64,000 nt of DNA, from contig NC_042998.1 in the NCBI RefSeq assembly GCF_006345805.1, positions 14,322,001-14,386,000 on the forward strand, written 5' to 3'. The translations under genes were made by a program, and so were the position numbers. The notes beneath the pieces were generated by a model that saw nothing but the letters and a program-made list of their open reading frames with translations, made no database searches and was not told where the DNA came from. The stretch's first letter is position 1. Each line of letters begins with the position of its first letter. This DNA comes from Octopus sinensis. Taxonomy: Eukaryota. Positions 62,240 through 64,000 of this stretch are shown piece after piece.

Positions 62240-62790
62240 AGTATCATTCAGTAGTCTTATTTTTATCAAGTGCTTTCTCTGCACTACCGAACGCAGCTCT
62301 CTGTGCCTTGGGTATGTGCTGTAGTTTGTTGCGGTGATCTTATTTTCACAGTATTGAAAGTGTTTCACGTAGGATGTGTGTAGTGGCTAGTAGTGCTATT
62401 TTCTGTATGTTATATATATTTGCAAGTCCTAGTGTTTTTGTTATGTATTTGTCTGAATATTTTTTTAGCATACCTAATGCACCTACTATGATAGGAATTG
62501 TTTCTGTTTTTAGGCTCCACATTCGAGTTACCTCTATTTCCAGATCTTTGAATTTTGAAAGTTTCTCCATTTCTTTTAGAGAAACATTGTCATCTGCTGG
62601 TATTGATACATTAATTAGAAAGCATTTTTTCTTAGTAATCTCTGACAACTATATCCGGCTTATTGGCCTTAATTTCTCTATCTGTGTGTATTGGCATATC
62701 CCAGATTATGGTTGCCTTCTCATTTTCCCTGACTTTTCCTTGGGTGTGCCTATACCATCTTTTTCTGTTGTTATTCCATAGTGTTGGTAT
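62240..62790 (-). mobile_element. R4/Dong-clade LINE 3' end with restriction-like endonuclease
   Basis: IIWDMPIHTDREIKANKPDIVV...VSIPADDNVSLKEMEKLSKFKDLEIEVTRMW...PIIVGALG...LATTHILRETL; TAA tail. Confidence 0.88.
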
Positions 62791-62791
62791 A

Positions 62792-62972
62792 GCTGCCGCT
62801 ACGTTCTGAGTTCAAATTCCGCTGAGGTCGACTTTGCCTTTCATCCTTTCGAGGTCGATTAAATGAGTACCAGTTACGCACTGGGGTCGATATAATCGAC
62901 TTAATACCTATGTCTGTCCTTGTTTGTCCTCTCTGTGTTTAGCCCCTTGTGGGTAGTAAAGAAATAGGTATA
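62792..62972 (+). mobile_element. Family-B SINE, headless unit
   Basis: Core and tail X. Confidence 0.88.
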
Positions 62973-63080
62973 GCTTCCACATTATTGTTATTACTATCCT
63001 TATTGTTATTATTGTTGCTGTTGTTGTTGGTAGTGGTGGTGGTGTTGATATTATTATTATTATTTTTATTATTATTATTA

Positions 63081-63123
<43 letters not shown>

Positions 63124-63677
63124 GAGTGAGAGAGCAGTGCATGCCATCAAAGTGACACTGGGGTAAAATATACGAAGCCCAATATACCCATCATGACTAC
63201 CCGTCTGATAAGGGTACACCAGGCACATGCATCACAACCATATGTGCGCGACATGGTGATCTCATATCAAGATAAACAGCACATGACCTTGCAGGTGGGG
63301 CCCAGTTAGAATTTTCTTCAGATCGAGTAACCCATCCCGCTCAAAAGGTCTCTGAATAAGGGTTGTTTAAGGACGTTGAACGAAACACCCATGTTTCCAG
63401 AGGTGAATTATTCAAACCCCAAAGAATCCTTCTCAACACATGGCTATGATGCTCCCCCACTACTTCTGCTCGTGATCAGAGATGCACATATCGTCAGCCA
63501 CTAAGGGGCATGCTCAACTGGTTAAGGTCAAACAACTGACAAGCAAATCTGTGGTATTGAGCAGAATATTTGCTGTAGCCCATCTTTTATACCAAGACAA
63601 AACAATGTACATGATAACACTTCCAATCAGTTAAGATCAGAAGCCATGAGAGCCACTGCCTGGTACTGCATCAGGGC

Positions 63678-63681
<4 letters not shown>
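63124..63681. mobile_element. 558-bp non-coding insertion flanked on both sides by (ATT)n
   Basis: Sharp boundaries inside ATT repeats; higher GC than the flanks; no long ORF, no TIR. Confidence 0.55.
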
Positions 63682-63737
<56 letters not shown>

Positions 63738-64000
63738 TATTATTATTATTCATTTATTTATTTCATCATACTACTGTGAACTGGAACGGTTTTAACATAG
63801 ATTAGCTCAACGAAAGGTGATCCGTAATAAGAGTGGCAACAAGTATACACTGCCAGAATCAATTATAGGAGCAGACGAGTGGAAAGAATATAGAATTGTG
63901 TCATCATTAGAATATTTTTTATTAAATATAAAAATCTCTGAGTTAAATATTTTGTCTCTTGATGTTTTATTATTGCTACAATGTTCAATTTATTTTCTGT

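Overview
AT-rich, repeat-dominated eukaryotic DNA with one 100-N gap (50986-51085). The SINE families look like those of octopus (inference from recalled family sequences, not a search). I could not identify any intact protein-coding gene, tRNA, rRNA or CRISPR array, and almost all listed ORFs are microsatellite or SINE artefacts. The window holds dozens of tRNA-derived SINEs of at least five modular families (labelled A, B, C, E, F here). It also holds decayed LINE ends (CR1-group, RTE-like, L1/Tx1-like, R4/Dong), DNA-transposon relics (maT/mariner, Tigger-like, hAT MITE, Helitron) and large simple-repeat tracts. Main second-look signals: (1) non-coding Penelope-like repeats with minimal type-I hammerhead ribozyme motifs that three times sit in the internal (TA)n tract of family-A SINEs and form fold-back hairpins near the CUGANGA motif; (2) SINE/LINE partnerships readable from shared 3' tails, including a hairpin with compensatory base pairs; (3) family-B SINEs occurring as head-to-tail multimers; (4) a 138-codon reading frame restored by removing one SINE; (5) scattered candidate micro-exons of an unidentified host gene. 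All coordinates were read by eye and may be off by a few bases at element edges.
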